This document shows, piece after piece, positions 40,460-59,998 of a stretch of 64,000 nt of DNA (the stretch's first letter is position 1; every line of letters starts with the position of its first letter). A program made the position numbers and the translations under genes. This stretch comes from Salpingoeca rosetta (taxonomy: Eukaryota > Protista > Choanoflagellata), in contig JAWQFM010000001.1 of assembly GCA_033442325.1 (NCBI GenBank), forward strand, positions 2,982,076 to 3,046,075, written 5' to 3'. Below the pieces are notes generated by a model that did not search any database, was not told the DNA's origin, and worked only from the letters and a program-made list of their open reading frames with translations.

Positions 40460-42013
40460 CGTGTGGAGGGCACAGGTTGCTCAAGGGGGACAAGGCTGGT
40501 TTGGTGGCTTGCTTGTTGTGGTGCTTCGGTTGATCGATCGATATTGGCCGCTGTGCTCTGAGTGTGAGGGAAGGTGCGGGTGGCGCTGTTGCTGTTGTTG
40601 GGAAGAGGCTGAAGGGAAAATGGTTGCTGGACGCTCGAGCTGTGTGGCTATGGTTGTTGAGAGTGTTGTGGTTGTTGATGTTGTTGTGGCTGTTGTTGTT
40701 GTTGTTGTGGTTGGCGGCGCTTGTGAGTGATTTGTGTGTGCATTGTTGTGATGGCATAGCGATTCAATGTGGCGGGAATGTGCTGGGGTGGGTGATGGTG
40801 GCTGTTGGGCGAGGGTCTTGGGGGGAGGTGGGGGCTGGCTGCTTTTCGCGTTGATCGCGGTCCAAATATGGTATGGCATGGCAAACACCTTCATGACGAA
40901 CATATTCTCACCCACCCAGGCAAGTCAGGCATGCGCCTGCCATGACGACTTGTGCCATTTTGGAATGACATGATCGCCTGGTTGGTGATTGGTGATTGGT
41001 GATGTGAACACACCAAAGAAGAACCCGGACAAGCAAGGGAAAGGAAGGAAGGAAAGGCGAGTGCCGAGAAGGAGAGGAAGAGAGAGTTGTGTGTGTGTGT
41101 GGTGCGTGTGCATTCGTGAGATTCAGTGCGCTTGGCTCCAGCACGCTGCGTGTGCATGTTGGTATGTGGTGCGCAATGCTGCACGTTGTTGTGCTCTCGT
41201 TTGCGTGCTTGTGGGTTGGTTGGTGTGCGGCGTGGTTGGTTGTTGCGTGCTTGACAGTACCAGCGATTGCCCATACGCCATCATACGCCACCAACCCAGA
41301 GTAGCGAATAGGAATATTTGTTTAAATGGTGGCATAAATTTCCAAATGTCGTGACGTTTCGAGGCATGCCGATTACTCTTGTCAGGGTTTTTGTTGTGAC
41401 GTGAATGTTGTGGTGATTGTGGTGTGATGGTTATTGTGGTGCGATGGTTATTGTGGTGCGATGGTGGTGATTGTGGTGATTGTGGTGATGGTGGTGTGCT
41501 TGTTGTGGTTGCTGGCTTGTTGTTCTTGCTTGCTTGTGCTTGTGCAGCATCAGTGTGTTTCATTCATTCGGGTTCATGGAAGAAAAGGCAGCGACTGTAA
41601 CATTGGATGACACAAAAACAAACCACATCTCTGTCTGTGCGGGCAAGGCAGGGATACAACACCACTGTCGGCCGCCAAGGACGGGTGAGGGCCGCCAAAC
41701 ATGGCGCGGAAAAAAAAACACACGCACATATGCAACCAGGAAGCAGATGGCAGGAGAGAAAGAAAGGGCGGCAGAGACCGCACGCAAGACAAACGGTGCG
41801 CTGCCCAAAGCAACAGCAACAACAAACACAAAGAAGCTATAACATACGCATGCGAACAAAAGAGCGCGGGAGGCGAGGGAAAGAGGGAGGAGGGGCGAGA
41901 CAGCGTGGATGCGAGACGGCGTGGATGCCATCATCGAAAGGCAAAACCACAACAAAGCAGAAACAGAAACAAACAAAAAACAGGCACAGAAACACAGAAA
42001 CACAGAAACACAG

Positions 42014-42044
<31 letters not shown>

Positions 42045-42133
42045 AACACAGACATGGACACACGCAAACACAGACATGGACAAATCGGCTCGCTCACACA
42101 CGCACACACGCAAAGCATGTCACGCTGCCCGCA

Positions 42134-42922
42134 TCACCAAGGGGTGCAAGGGTGGGTGTCGCACTTCTGCACGTAGGCCTCAAAGCGGCCGGTCGCCACG
42201 TGCATGAGGGTGGTGTAGGTGGTGAGGAGGTTGAGGTTGGGCTGCGCAGAGAGGGTGTTGTAGAGGCCGGCAAAGCCCATGCCGCTCGCGCCAAGCTGGT
42301 CCAGGCACGCCTCGGCCGGGTGGCGGCGGTCGTCAAAGAAGGGCGGCTCAACCCAGTTGTCATAGTTGGTCTCCAGCACGTAAAAGTGCTTGTTGTGCAG
42401 ATCGTTCTCGAGCGTCCACAAGTGCAGCGACTCGTTGCTGGAGCGGGTGATGATGGCGCCCTGCTTCGCCTCTGCGCCGCCCAGGATCATGTAGGACGGG
42501 CCAACCATCTTGGCCGAGGTCAGCGCCTTGAGCGCGTCTGCATACGTGGCGTTGTTCTCCATCACGCTGCGCGTGGTGAAGGCAACAAAGTGGCCGCTGT
42601 GGTCGCCCTTGAAAAAGTCAATCAGGCCCTTCCAGAACGAGTTGTCAAACCGCGTGTCCACAGAGATGGAAAACCCGCCAGTCTTCATGCCTGCGATGCG
42701 TTGTGTGAGTGTGCATTTGTTAGGTGGGGTGGGTGGGGGTGGGTGGGACAAACAGTAAGAGCTGTGAGCCGTCGCAGACGGTATGCTTCAAGGTGATCAA
42801 GACGAAGCTGCATGCATGGTACGCAAGCAAGCAAGCAAGCAAGCAAGCAGGCAGGCAAACCAGCACGCACACGCACACGAACACACAAACGCGCAAGCAC
42901 ACGCACACACGCACACACATGA

Positions 42923-42953
<31 letters not shown>

Positions 42954-43892
42954 GACAGACAGACAGACACACACACACACACACACACGCACGCACACGC
43001 ACCGGTGAGGAGGCCGACAAAGCCTGCGTAGTATGTGGCGTTGAAGAGGGTGTTGCCGTTGCGGACGACGCGTGCGTTGAAGAGGAGCGGGCGCAGCTTC
43101 TCCGTCAGGGCCCACGTCTCGTTCGCCTTGTCCCAGCCAAAGCCCAGGCCAAAGTCGAGGTTGCGCGCGTGGAACACGTTGCCTTCGCTGTTCTGCGCAA
43201 CAATCGACGTGCAGCCGCCCTCAATCTCATAGCCCATGTTGTACAGGATGAGCGCGCCAACGTCCACCCCCGTGGCATTGGCAATGCCGCTACAGCGTTG
43301 AATGAGAAGCAGAATTGGCGGGGCGAGAGGGCGAGAGGGCGAGAGGAGGAGGAGGAAAGAGAAGAGGGTAGGCGAAGAGCCAACAGAATGAGGGACAGAA
43401 ATGGAATGAGAGATCGACAGGCAGGCAGGCAGGCAGAGCTACACTGTAGAGCATACAAACATAGGTACACGTACATACAGCGTATGCGCGCGCGCACACA
43501 CACATAATCAATCAATCAATCAATCAAACAAACACACACACACACACAAACAAACAAACACACAAACAAACAAACAAACAAACAAACCGGACACACGATG
43601 CTTACCGGATCTCGTCACCGTAGGGGGCGGGGAAGGCGTCAAGGATTTCGTCAGCCTTGGCATCAATGTGCTCCATGAGGGTCTTGCGAAGCTGGGCAGG
43701 GATCAGGTCGATGACTTGGTAGATCATGTCGTGGATCTGCTTGGCCTTTGGCCGCACAACATGTGCCCAGCGTTCCTGCGCACAACATGGATAATGGGAG
43801 GGTAACGGGATCGATCAATCAAAACAAACAGCAGACAATGAAGAGTGGGATGGGAGGACATGCGCGTTCGTATGCGCTTGTGATTGCAAGAG

Positions 43893-43975
<83 letters not shown>

Positions 43976-44240
43976 CTTAAACAACAACAACAACAACAAC
44001 AACAACTTAAACAACAACAACAACAACTTAAACAACAGCAACAACAACTTAAACAACAGCAACAGCATGCACACGTACCTGTGGAGGGAGATCCAGGTCG
44101 ATGGTGTGCCATGGAAGCTCGGTGTTGGTTGGCGGGTAGAGGGACTTCATGTTGCACTTGGCAGCCGCAGCCGCGGGCGCGGGCGCAGCCACAGCCACAG
44201 CCACGCAAGCTGTCACAAACAACACAGCGCGCACGTTCAT
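42134..44240 (-). CDS. ASAH1: Acid ceramidase (ASAH1/NAAA Ntn-hydrolase family), 4 exons
   Basis: Signal peptide MNVRAVLFVTACVAVAVA; PWHTIDLDLPPQERW; PAPYGDEIRGIA; YEIEGG-CTSIVAQ (nucleophile Cys); HARNLDFG; AGFVGLLTGMK; LETNYDNW...FFDDRR; terminal C..PCTPW as in ASAH1. Confidence 0.93.
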
Positions 44241-44364
44241 CTTTTTGTTGCTTGTGCTTTGTTTTTTTTCTGGAGAGGAGAAGGTAAAAAATGACTTTCC
44301 GAAAGGTAAATTTTGCCTTTCCACACAATTGCACACAAACCCGACACAGCAAGCAACGCGCTGC

Positions 44365-44507
<143 letters not shown>

Positions 44508-44583
44508 CACACACACTACACACACACACATACAAAGACACACACACACACACATCACATCACATCAGCTCATACACCGCACA

Positions 44584-47384
44584 ATGATGAATGCGGGGAG
44601 AAGAATACACGAAAGGGCCAAGGCAGTGGCATCCCTCGTGCCCAAGAGCATCTCAACCCTAAACATCGCTGGAGGAAGAAGAGGGCTGACGACTGCGGCA
44701 ACAAGAATCTCGGCCACAGCTGCTGCAGCTACAACTACAACAACATCCACAACGGGAGCAATCAGAACGCTGATGGCGAGGGCGGGTGGGAGCACGAGTT
44801 GGCTGATGTCATTGGCAGCTATTGCGAGAGGAGGAGGAGGAGGAGGAGGACAGCCACAGCAGCGGCTGATGCGCTGGCTACAGACGAGTGCAGGACGAGC
44901 AGCCCGCACACCAGCAACAGCGCTCGTGGCTGAGAACACGACGATGGTGCCAAGAGCGGGTGGCCGGCGCACTCGGGGTTTCATGCTGTTGCACCATTTG
45001 CAGACGCAGCAGAACCGCCACTTGCAAGGAGCACGCCGGTGCCACTTCAGCGCCGTCAGGCGGGCGTTCTCGCAGCAGGCAACGCCTGCCGAGACAACTG
45101 CCCGGACACGCTTGTTCCCTTTTACGCTGCACATTCCGCGCGCGGGCTTGCGGGTGCTTGCAGGCGTGGCTGCCATGGGCCTGGTGACGTTTGCCATGCT
45201 GTACCCGTTTGCATGGGGGAATTCATGGGTGGACGCCCCGCGCGTGTTCTACACGGCGCTCAAACGCAACCTGGCCGACTTCTACTGCGTGCTGCGCATG
45301 GTGTACCACTACCGCAAGGAGCTCGGCTCGCTGCCGGAGGACATGGACCCAAAGGAGCGCGCTCGCCTCACGCACGAGTGCCACCTCAAGTGCGCCAGGC
45401 TGCTGCGCGACCTCTTCTGCAACAACGCCGGCATCTACATCAAGCTGGGCCAGCACCTTGCAGTGCTGGACTACGTCATCCCCAAGGAGTATGTGGACAC
45501 GATGCAGATTATGTTTGACAAGGCACCCACGAGCGATCTCAACGAGGTGTTTGCCGTCATCGAGGCGGACCTGGGCAAGCCGGCCGAGGAGCTGTTCCAG
45601 CACTTTGACACCACGCCCATCGCATCTGCGTCGCTGGCGCAGGTGCACCGGGCAGTCACGCACGACGGCCAGAAGGTGGCGGTCAAGGTGCAGCACATGG
45701 GGTTGCGGGAGGAGAGCAGAGGCGACGTTGCAACTGTGCGTTTGCTCGTCGACATTGTTCGCTTCTTCTTTCCAGACTACGACTACACCTGGCTCATCGA
45801 GGTGCGGCAACGTCTCTCGCTTTGCTGTGTTTGTGTTTGTGTTTGTGTTTGTGTTTGTGTTTGTGTTTGTGTTTGTGTTTGTGTTTGTGTTTGAGTTTGT
45901 GTTTGTGTTTGAGTTTGAGTTTGAGTTTGAGTGTGTGTGTGTATGCGTACGCGTTCATGTGTGTGATTGTGTGTACGCGTTCATGTGTATGTGTATGCGC
46001 GTGTATGCCTATGGTTTTTGCGTTGGTGTGTTCATGTGTCTGCGTCTGCGTAGGCGTTCATATGTGTGCATATGTGTGTGTCCTTGTGTGTATTTGTTAT
46101 TATATGTATTTTTCTTTGGCGTGCATTGTCACACATCACATCACGTCACATGACAACCTGTGTTTTGCGTTTCCACGCCTTTCCTCTGATTGCGCTCACA
46201 TTGACAACGCAACACCTTTGCTCAAACCGGAACAGGAGGTGCAACGCAACCTGCCGCTGGAAATGGACTTTGAGCACGAGGGCGCCAACGCCGATGCCTG
46301 CAGGCACATGTTTGAGCACCGCGCCGACGTGGACGTGCCCGAGATCCGCTGGGACCTGAGCAGCAAGCGCGTGCTCACCATGGAGTTTGCAGAGGGGTGC
46401 AGCCTCTCTGACGTGGACGGCCTGCGTGACAGCGGCCTCAACCTCACCACCGTCTCCCGCATCGTGACGGAGCTCTTCAGCGAGCAAATCTTCATCCACG
46501 GCCTCGTGCACTGCGACCCGCATCCGGGCAACCTGCTTGTGCGGCGCGACGCACGCGGCGCCCCCGTGGTGGTGCTGTTGGACCACGGCCTGTACCGACA
46601 GCTGGACGAGGACTTTCGCGATCTCTACTGCCGGCTCTGGCGCGCTCTCATACGCGGCGACGCAGAGGACATCAAGATGTACGCAGAGCGCATGAACGCG
46701 GGCGAGTTTTACTTCATCTTCGCCGCCATGCTGACGTACAAGGGGTGGGACGAGGTGATTGGCGGCACGGCGGCTGCGCGGCTTGAGTTGCGAGGCACCG
46801 AGGACGAGAAGGAGGTGGCCCGGTCCAGTGTTGCAAAGTACTTTCGCGAGATCAACGCCTTGCTTGCACGCATTCCGCGCGACGTGCTGCTCCTGCTCAA
46901 GACGAACGACTGCCTGCACGGCCTGGAGAACAAGCTGCGCCAGGCAGATGCGCACATCATGCCGGGCCTGACCCACGCCACCATGGCGCGCTACTGTCTC
47001 CAAGGCATCCGCATCCTGCCCACGTACCACAACTTCCTCTCCGTGCGGCGCGACATGCTGCTGCTTGAGCTGAAGCTGTTTGCCATGTGGCTGGCGTTCC
47101 AGGTGCACGAGGCCACGGGCTACAATCCCATGCACAGCATCCTCCGCGCACTCGCTGCTGCGAGCGGCAGCGGTGGCCGTGCTGGCGGTGTCGACGTCGT
47201 TGTCGATGTCGATGCGGTTGCTGGTGACGGCAGCGAGCATCAGGTCAAGTCTGCGACTGAGGCGACGAGTGATGATGACGGTGCTGATGATGGTGGTGGC
47301 TGTGACAAGAGCAGGAGCAGGCAGACAAGGGCGCAGGTGGCAGCTGACGAAGTCGAGGCCGCTGCTGCCGTTGCTTCCCAGTGA
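44584..47384 (+). CDS. ADCK1: ABC1/UbiB atypical kinase, ADCK1-like (exons 44584-45801 and 46236-47384)
   Basis: NAGIYIKLGQHL (KxGQ); PIASASLAQVHRA; VAVKVQH; NLPLEMDFEHEG; VLTMEF; VHCDPHPGNLLVR; LLDHGLY; LLLLKTND. Arg/Ala/Thr-rich N-terminus resembles a mitochondrial presequence. Confidence 0.92.
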
Positions 47385-47471
47385 CCACCACAACCACCAC
47401 CACGTTAACGGAAACAGCAGCGAAACAGCAGCGATTGCTTGATGTTGGTGCTGATGTGATGGCGCTGTGGA

Positions 47472-47508
<37 letters not shown>

Positions 47509-47846
47509 GTCGTGAGTGTGTTTGTGCGTGTGTGTGTGTGAAGTCGTGAGTGTGTTTGTGCGTGTGTGTGTGCCTGCGCGTGTGTTTTGCGTCGACTATT
47601 GGGTGACAGCGCCACTGTAAGATGTGCTCAATATTGTTATGATGATAAACAACCAATTCATGTGATGACTAGTTTATTGCCGCGTTGCCGACGGTGGCAC
47701 ATGATGGCCCACCACCTCAAACTGAAGCATACTGAACTCAAAAAACAAAACAAACCATGAATTGGCAGTGGAGGAGGCGGATAAGTTAGTTATACTTTGG
47801 AAATAACTGCGTTGCTTGTAACAACAGCTGTTCCTGGACACACATA

Positions 47847-47928
<82 letters not shown>

Positions 47929-47962
47929 TGTGGAGTGCTAGGGGTGTGAGAAGCGACCCTTG

Positions 47963-52456
<4,494 letters not shown>

Positions 52457-53732
52457 GGCGTCTCTCACTTGCTGCCACGGCTCCAAGCCGCCACAACAAC
52501 CTCCTCAGCCAAACACGCACGCACGGTAAATGCTGCTTCTGCTGTTGCTGCTGCAGAAGGGGGAGAAAGGGACACGAAGAGTGTGTGGGGGGGGGGAGGA
52601 GAGGAGGTCTGCTCGTCTGTGTGTGTCGTGTGTGTGTGGGTTGTGGGTACGTGCTGTGCTTGTGCGTGCTGCTGCTTTTCCTTCGACACTTCTCTTTGAG
52701 CTTCTCCGTGCCTATGTGCGTCTGTGCTGCTGTTACTCACTCACTTGCTGAAGCAACAACAGGACATGGGCAAAACTCACTTGCCGACACACGCACACAC
52801 ACGCGATGAATGTTGATGCATTCAGGATGCAGCCGCTCTGTCTGTCTCGGTTGCCAGTTGCGGTCGCAGTTGCAGTGGGTGATGGCGGCGGCGACTGCGG
52901 GTGTTGCTGGGTTAAGCACATGAATGCCATGCCTCGCTGCGGAGGAACATTGCGGGCATCCCGCGAACAGGGCATTGGAAGGACCATTGGCAGCCGTGGG
53001 GACTGTGCGTGTCGCTGTGCAACGCACACAGCCACCACGCATGCACAACGTGCCATTCCCACACGTCTGCACTGGACTGTGGCTCGCTCGGAATGCGCAA
53101 CATGCTTCGCAACGACCGCCTTGAACGTCTTACCCGCATTTGACAGAAACTTATGCGCATCTTCCATTTTTAATCGACATGTAGATAATATGCAAAGTTA
53201 TCCACAAACTATCCAATGCATAATTGTTATTTTGCGCCTTGATTTGACGCAATTCTAACAAAACCTTTCCCCAAACCAAAACAAGCAACAAGCAAGCAAG
53301 CGACAAACAAAGAAGCCAACAAAGCAGCAACACAAACCCCCACTCACTGACACTTGCTTGGCGCAGCCGTTCTTTGGTGGTGAGTTTGTCGAAAAGAAAC
53401 AAACAGGTCGACAGTGTGAATGGGTGTGAATGTGTGCGTGTGTGCATGTGTGTGTGCATGTGTGTGTGTGTGTGCATCGATGTGTACGCGTGTGTGGTGT
53501 GTACACACAAAGCGCCACAGCGCCGCTTCTGTCTCACAGCAAGGTCTCCTTTGTGCGCACCACGAATTCGGTGCATGCATGATTTGCAGACAACGAACCA
53601 ACCAACAGAGCAAGCAAGCAAGCAAGACAGAGGTTTCAGTTTCGTTCGTGTTGCAGTGTCGACACAAAGCAACACGCGCATCTGTCGTTCAGCGCCCGAG
53701 GTGTCGGCTGCTGAGTGACACGAAGCAGCGCC

Positions 53733-56700
53733 ATGGAGACGCTCAGGAAATGGCTGGGCGTGTCGGAGTCCGAGCTTATGGACGCAGACAGCGTCCAGGA
53801 CCGCTTTGTCGACCTCTGCATGTCTGGCGACATTGACGACCAACAGGTGTGTGTGTGTGTGTGTGCTTGTGTGTGTACTTGTGTGTGTGCTTGTGCGTAC
53901 TTGTGTGTGTGCTTGTGCGTACTTGTGTGTGTGCTTGTGCGTACTTGTGTGTGTGTGCTCGTGTGCTTGTGTGCTTGTGTGTGTGCTTGTGTGTGTGCTT
54001 GTGTGTACTTGTGTGTACTTGTGTATGTGTGTGTGTGTGTGTGCGCGCTTGCGTGCTTGCGCTTGTGGGCGTGATTGAATGCATTTGTGGGGTTCTATGC
54101 ATGCGTTGGTGCCTTCGTCCCTGGCATTCTTGCTTACCCACCATCTTGTGCCTCGTCTTCATCCCCTCCCCCCGCCCAACTTTGTTGATGTAGATCTCGG
54201 CTGAAGCCCGAGACATGATTCGGGAGGCCAAGGCAAGCAAGGGCACCGACAAGCAGAAGAAGAAGAAAAAGAGGAGCAAGAAGAAAAAGAAGCAGAGCGA
54301 GAAGAAGGTGAGAGCCATCGTCTTGCCAAAGGGCATTGGGATTCCCACATTCCCACACGCCTGCATGCTGAGCCACGCCTCTTCCCCTTGTGCTCTTTGA
54401 AATGTGCCGAGCTGGCGATGTTCACATGTCGTTGTTGTTGCGCTGCAATGCTTTGCTTTCGTCCTCCACATGGAATTAACTGTGGACCAATTGACAGGCA
54501 TGTGTTTCCTTTGTTTTGACAACACCCGCTGCATTGACTCAATACTCACACGCTCGCCCTTGCATGCCTCTTTTGTTTTCTGTCTTGTCTTGTCTTATCT
54601 CCCCATCCCATTCCCTTTATTCCTTTGTGACCCACGCCACAGCGGCCGTTTGTGGTCTCTGTGCCGGGCCTGCTGTCGCCGTTCAACGCGTTTGCGCAGG
54701 TGCGGGAGCGAGTGCTCAACGCGCGTGCCCGCGCTATTGGTGTCAGCAAGTCGCTCAAGACAGACGACCTTGGCGTTGCCACCTCCACCAAAGCCGAGGA
54801 AGAGGAGGGCGAAGATGAGGACAAGGACACCGAGGCCAGCCAGGCTCCCGCGCCGCTGTCCAAGGTCCGTTTGTGAACGTGCGTGCGTGTGTGCGTGCGC
54901 ACGCGTGTGTGCGTGTGCATTTTGTTTACGCGTGTTTGTAACAGTATGTGAGTATGAATTGTTTTGCTGCATATGGATGCCTGCAAACGCGATCAAGCTG
55001 CTCACGCCCACCTCTCCTCTTCTCCCTCCCCCCTTTCCCCCCTCTACCCACAAATCCCCCTCTACCACACCACTGTTGCCCTCCCTCAATAACGTAACAG
55101 CTGACGATGATGGGGCTGCAGTCCACGTTTGAGATTGTGCAGGACGTGTGCACAGCAGACACCGCGCTGGCGGAGCGCATGCTGCTGTCCCTGCTCAAGA
55201 TCCTGGAAGGCCTTGACCCAGAGGCCATGTACGCGGAGGACGCCGAGTTGCTCAACGAACTCGCCACCATGTTCACCCATCTTGTTACCTCGGTCAAGAA
55301 CAACCGCCTCAAGGCCATCCTCTACCAGGTGCAGCAAGCACGCCTGTCGCTGTTGTTGTTACTGTTGTTGTTACTGTTGTTGATCTGTTGACTATTGTTG
55401 TTGCTGCGTGGGAAAAGCCGACTACACCTCTGTTGCTTGTGCGTGTGTGTGCGTGTGCGCGCGTGCATGCTTCGTTCACCCAAACGCTCATCTGCATCTG
55501 TGTTGGCGCGGTGTTCAGTGCATGCTTGCGCTTGCTGTTGCCCGCGGCGATCCAAGCAAGACGCTGCCGACCATCCTGCCGCTCCTCAACGACCACTCCT
55601 CCGTCCCCGTCACCATGCCAGAGGTGCGCGTGCGCGCGCGTGCGTGTGTTTTTGTATGTCTGGTGTGAGCGTGATGCGTGGCGCGTGGTTGCCTTTTCTT
55701 GTTGTTTGGGGTTTCCCAGGTTGGCTGTCGCCCATATTCTCGACCGCCAGTATCGAGGCTGCTGACACAAACTCACCACCCCTGTCCTGCTCACACATTC
55801 CTTCCGCTTTTGCTGCCATGACGTAACTGACGAACAGAATATGAAGACGGTGGTGGCGAGTGCCCTGAACCACGCCTACCCGAACAACACCATTCCCTGG
55901 GTGAAGGTGTGCCCTGGCCCTGCAACGCAGCTCTTCTCCATGCCCTTGGCCGACTGCCTTCCCGGCGCTGCAGAGCGTGCGTTCATCATGCATTGCACTG
56001 CAAATCTGTGTTCTTGTGCTTCCCTTTCCCTTTCCCTGTCCTCTTTGTTTCTGTTTTTTTTTCCCTCCCTTCCGCCTTTCCCTGTGCTGTGTTTGCGTTT
56101 GGTCGCTCGTCCTGCTCCCACATTGTGTTTTCACCCCTGCCCCATTCGCGCATCTCACTTTGAATGATCTCCACCCCCTTTGACAACATTCCATATCACC
56201 TGCGCGCCTGCTTTCTTGTCTGCAGTTCCACGCGACACGCCCAAGGCGCTGGCTGTTGGCGCAGATCACGTCATCTTCCTCTCCGGGTCGTCCATCACAA
56301 AGGTGACGACGCACCAGCGCACCGCGGTGCTTGTTCACCGTCAATACCCGTGATGCTGGTCGCGTTTGCATTGCTGACACCCACCGTTTGATATGAGCCG
56401 AACTGTTTGTCCCACACACACGCACACACACACACATGCACACGCACACACACATACACACGCACACACGCACATACGCACACACACACACACACGCACA
56501 CACACGCACACATACACACGAACACACTCGTACACACGTTCTTGTGAAAACACCAATCTTGTTGCTCACCGCCTCGCTTGCGTGATTGCTGCGCAGCTTG
56601 GGTCTGGCTTCAACGGCACATCGCCCGGCTTCTTCATGGGGTCGATGGACCTTGACCCGTCCTCTGGTGGCTCGTGGCTCGGCTACGTCTCGGTAAGCAG

Positions 56701-57424
56701 TGCATCCACCCACCCACCCGTGGCGTCCAGACACACCTGATGCGCAATAGCTGACCTCCTCTACTCACTCACTCGCTCACACTCTCCCACACTCACTCAC
56801 TCCCTCGCTCACACTCTCCCACACTCACTCATCGTCGCACTTCTGTGCGCAGGGGCGGCTGCTGTACCGCAGTGAAACAGATGCGAGCGGCGTGTTCCTG
56901 CTGATTGACAGCACCACATTGCAGCCGACCGGTGTGATTGCCCAGGTCTCCGACAGCGCCAGCCTGGTGCGTGTTCCTATTGCGGCATTTCTGCACGATC
57001 GCGCATGCACATGTCACCTGACACGCGTGAAAGCACACAGTGATTGCAATGCACCCACCATAATGCATTGCAATGCACCACGCAAGGACACGCTACACCA
57101 CACTACCCCACACTCCACCACATTACCCCACACTCCACCACAATGCATCACAGCACACTGCCACAATCCACCGTTCCACACGTAACACACATGCACGTGA
57201 CGATGCTTCCTCGTGTGTGCAGATTGGCGATTTGCCGTACTGCCTGTTCACATCACCCTCTGGCGACCTGGGTGTTGTCGAGGACACGCCCAACGGCTGG
57301 CGCTACCGCATCCTCACCATCGGAACAGTCAACGGACAGCCGAGCCTGACAGACAAGTGCGCTATTATTGATCATGTTTCGTGCGAATGTACCTTTATCA
57401 CTGACATGGAAATTTGCTCGTGTT

Positions 57425-57492
<68 letters not shown>

Positions 57493-58071
57493 CAACATCG
57501 CATACCCACGACAGACGCGGGGGCGAGGGGGGGGGACGGAGAAAGGGAGAGATAGTAGTCGCGGAGCAACAGAGTTTTGTGTGGGCGGGCGAACCGAGTC
57601 CTGGACGCCCCCTGTGCCGCGGGCGAGCACCCCACCTGGAAGGGGGTCCAGCGCTGGTCGAGAAGCGTGCTCACGGTAGCAGACTGATGATAGCAGTGTA
57701 GTACAAAGCGCAAATCGGCTGCACGACGAAGGCTGCAGAGTATGACGAAGGATGCAGGGGACTAGCAGTAAGACAGAAGAATTAGTTCCGGAAGGAGGAT
57801 TGGGGTAAAGATTGGCGTATAGCCGGGTTTACAGTTGGGATCGGGGGTTGGTTGAAGCGCCAGGGAGCGAGTGTGAGTGCGGCAGTATCGAGTCGTGCAG
57901 CGGGTAGTTGGCTGTGCCTACTACCCTATACAACCAGTCTCTGGCATCCGAGCCCATCCCAAACTGTTACCNNNNNNNNNNNNNNNNNNNNNNNNNNNNN
58001 NNNNNNNNNNNNNNNNNNNNNNNNNNNNNNNNNNNNNNNNNNNNNNNNNNNNNNNNNNNNNNNNNNNNNNN

Positions 58072-58124
<53 letters not shown>

Positions 58125-59376
58125 ACGACACACACAACCAAAATGCACGCACGCACACATACACAAACATACTCACACAATCACTGCCACCGCCGCTCAA
58201 TTGCAGGGAGACGCGCATGCTGTCGACGGCAAAAGTGCACGTTCGTCTTGACGGCGCGGCGGATTGGTCTGTGGACGACGGCCCGTCGCGTGAACTCACC
58301 TTTCCCTCGGGCGTCACCCCGCTGGAAGTGGTCACGGGGCAGTCGTTTGCCGTCGCACGCAGCGACTCGGGCGACCTGTTTGTCACCAGCACTATCCCCA
58401 AGCTGTTTGGCGTCGACATGGTGCGTGTTGTTGTGTCTACTGAGACCGGTTGTGTCACATGTGTGTGTTTTTTGTTGTTGTTGTTGTTGTTGTCGTTGTT
58501 GTTGTTGCGCCTCGTGCGCTGTGTGCTTTCCTCGCACCTGCTTCCACTCCCCCCTCCCCACTTTTCCTCGTCCTTCCGTTTTGGGCTGGTGAAGGCAGCG
58601 AGGCTGAATTTGCTGTTCTACGTGCTCTGCGCTGCTTCAGTGTCTTTGCGCTCAACCCTACACCCCCTTGTTGTTGTGCTGCTTTGTGGTGCCGTGCCAA
58701 CAGCGCCAGGGCGTGTGGAATAACTTGCCTAAGCCTGCTGGGTTCTCCTGTGTTGGCCTGCGCGGCTCCCACGCCGTTGACGGCTGCCTCCTCCTCGGCG
58801 ATGACACCATCTTCATCTGTACGTGTTGCGCTCTGTGTGTGTGTGTGTGTGTGTGTGGTGGAGGGGAGATAAGGAAGTGCAAGAGGAGCAAGGGACACGC
58901 CATGTGCTGTGGTATGTCATGTCCATCACCACGCTTCTTCTGACGTTTCAACGGGGGTGCCTTTTGCTTGGTGCCACAGTTGGTGAGTTTGAGGGGACCG
59001 ACGAAGCAATTGAGCAGCGCCGTCAGCGCCACGCAAAGGCCACAGCTTCCTCCAGTACGTTCATCCGACAGCCCGCAGATGCTCATGCTGTTGTTTTGAC
59101 ATGAATACACACATGTTTGTATGCATGTATGCACTTTTGTTGCTTCTCAATTCTTTCCTCCCAAGTATCGTTTCGCTCACATCTTCCACACGCGCGCGCT
59201 TGCACACGCGCTCGCACGCACGTCCCCCTTCTTCTTCTACGCCAACAGCGTTTCTGCGGTCGTTTTTCAAGGCGCCGAGCAGCGTTGCTGACGCGTGTCT
59301 GGCGTCCGGCATGGCTGTGCTCGCCCTCAAGGATGGGACCGTCAATGTCATCACATACAAGAGTACGTCGACCGTG

Positions 59377-59449
<73 letters not shown>

Positions 59450-59903
59450 TGTTTTGTGATTTCGTTTTTTCCTGTATACTTTTTTCCTGTATTCGTATTT
59501 GTTGCATGTTGTGTACATGTGTGTACATATGTGTGTGCAGAGTCTCTTTGTGCACCGTGCACCCGGTGCCTCTGATGCTCGCGTCGCCGCCTCCCTTCAT
59601 CCGCTTGCATGCATGTTCAGACCCCGATGGCGACAAGCCCAAGCAGCAAGACAAGCGCAAGGGGAAAAAGGACAAGAGCAAGGAAGAAAAGGGCAAGGAC
59701 ATCAAGTTGTCGCAAGCGGTGCTCACAACGCTGGAGGAACTGCCCGTGGGCCGCCTCTTCTCCCGCTCGGCCCGGCGCAAGGCCAAGACGTGCCACGCAT
59801 GCTCGTACGTTGCCGTGTTGTGGGTTGCTGTCTCGCTGTGTCACTGTGCTGTGTGCTTGTGCCCTGGTCGTAATGGCGTGCCGCTGCGCTCCCGTTAGTT
59901 TCG

Positions 59904-59998
<95 letters not shown>

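Noticed and set aside
43884-44070. Poly-Gln/Asn/Leu ORFs from a (CAA)n array
   Set aside because: Inside ASAH1 intron 1, whose flanking exons join in frame (DLPPQ-ERW).
46146-47615. 489 aa minus-strand ORF (likewise 38732-39862, 41909-42796, 61800-62897)
   Set aside because: Antisense shadows of GC-rich coding exons with no motifs of their own.
57495-57971. Purine-rich atypical segment in a MYCBP2 intron
   Set aside because: Follows a (CA)n run and abuts a gap, after which (CA)n resumes; most likely degraded read sequence.
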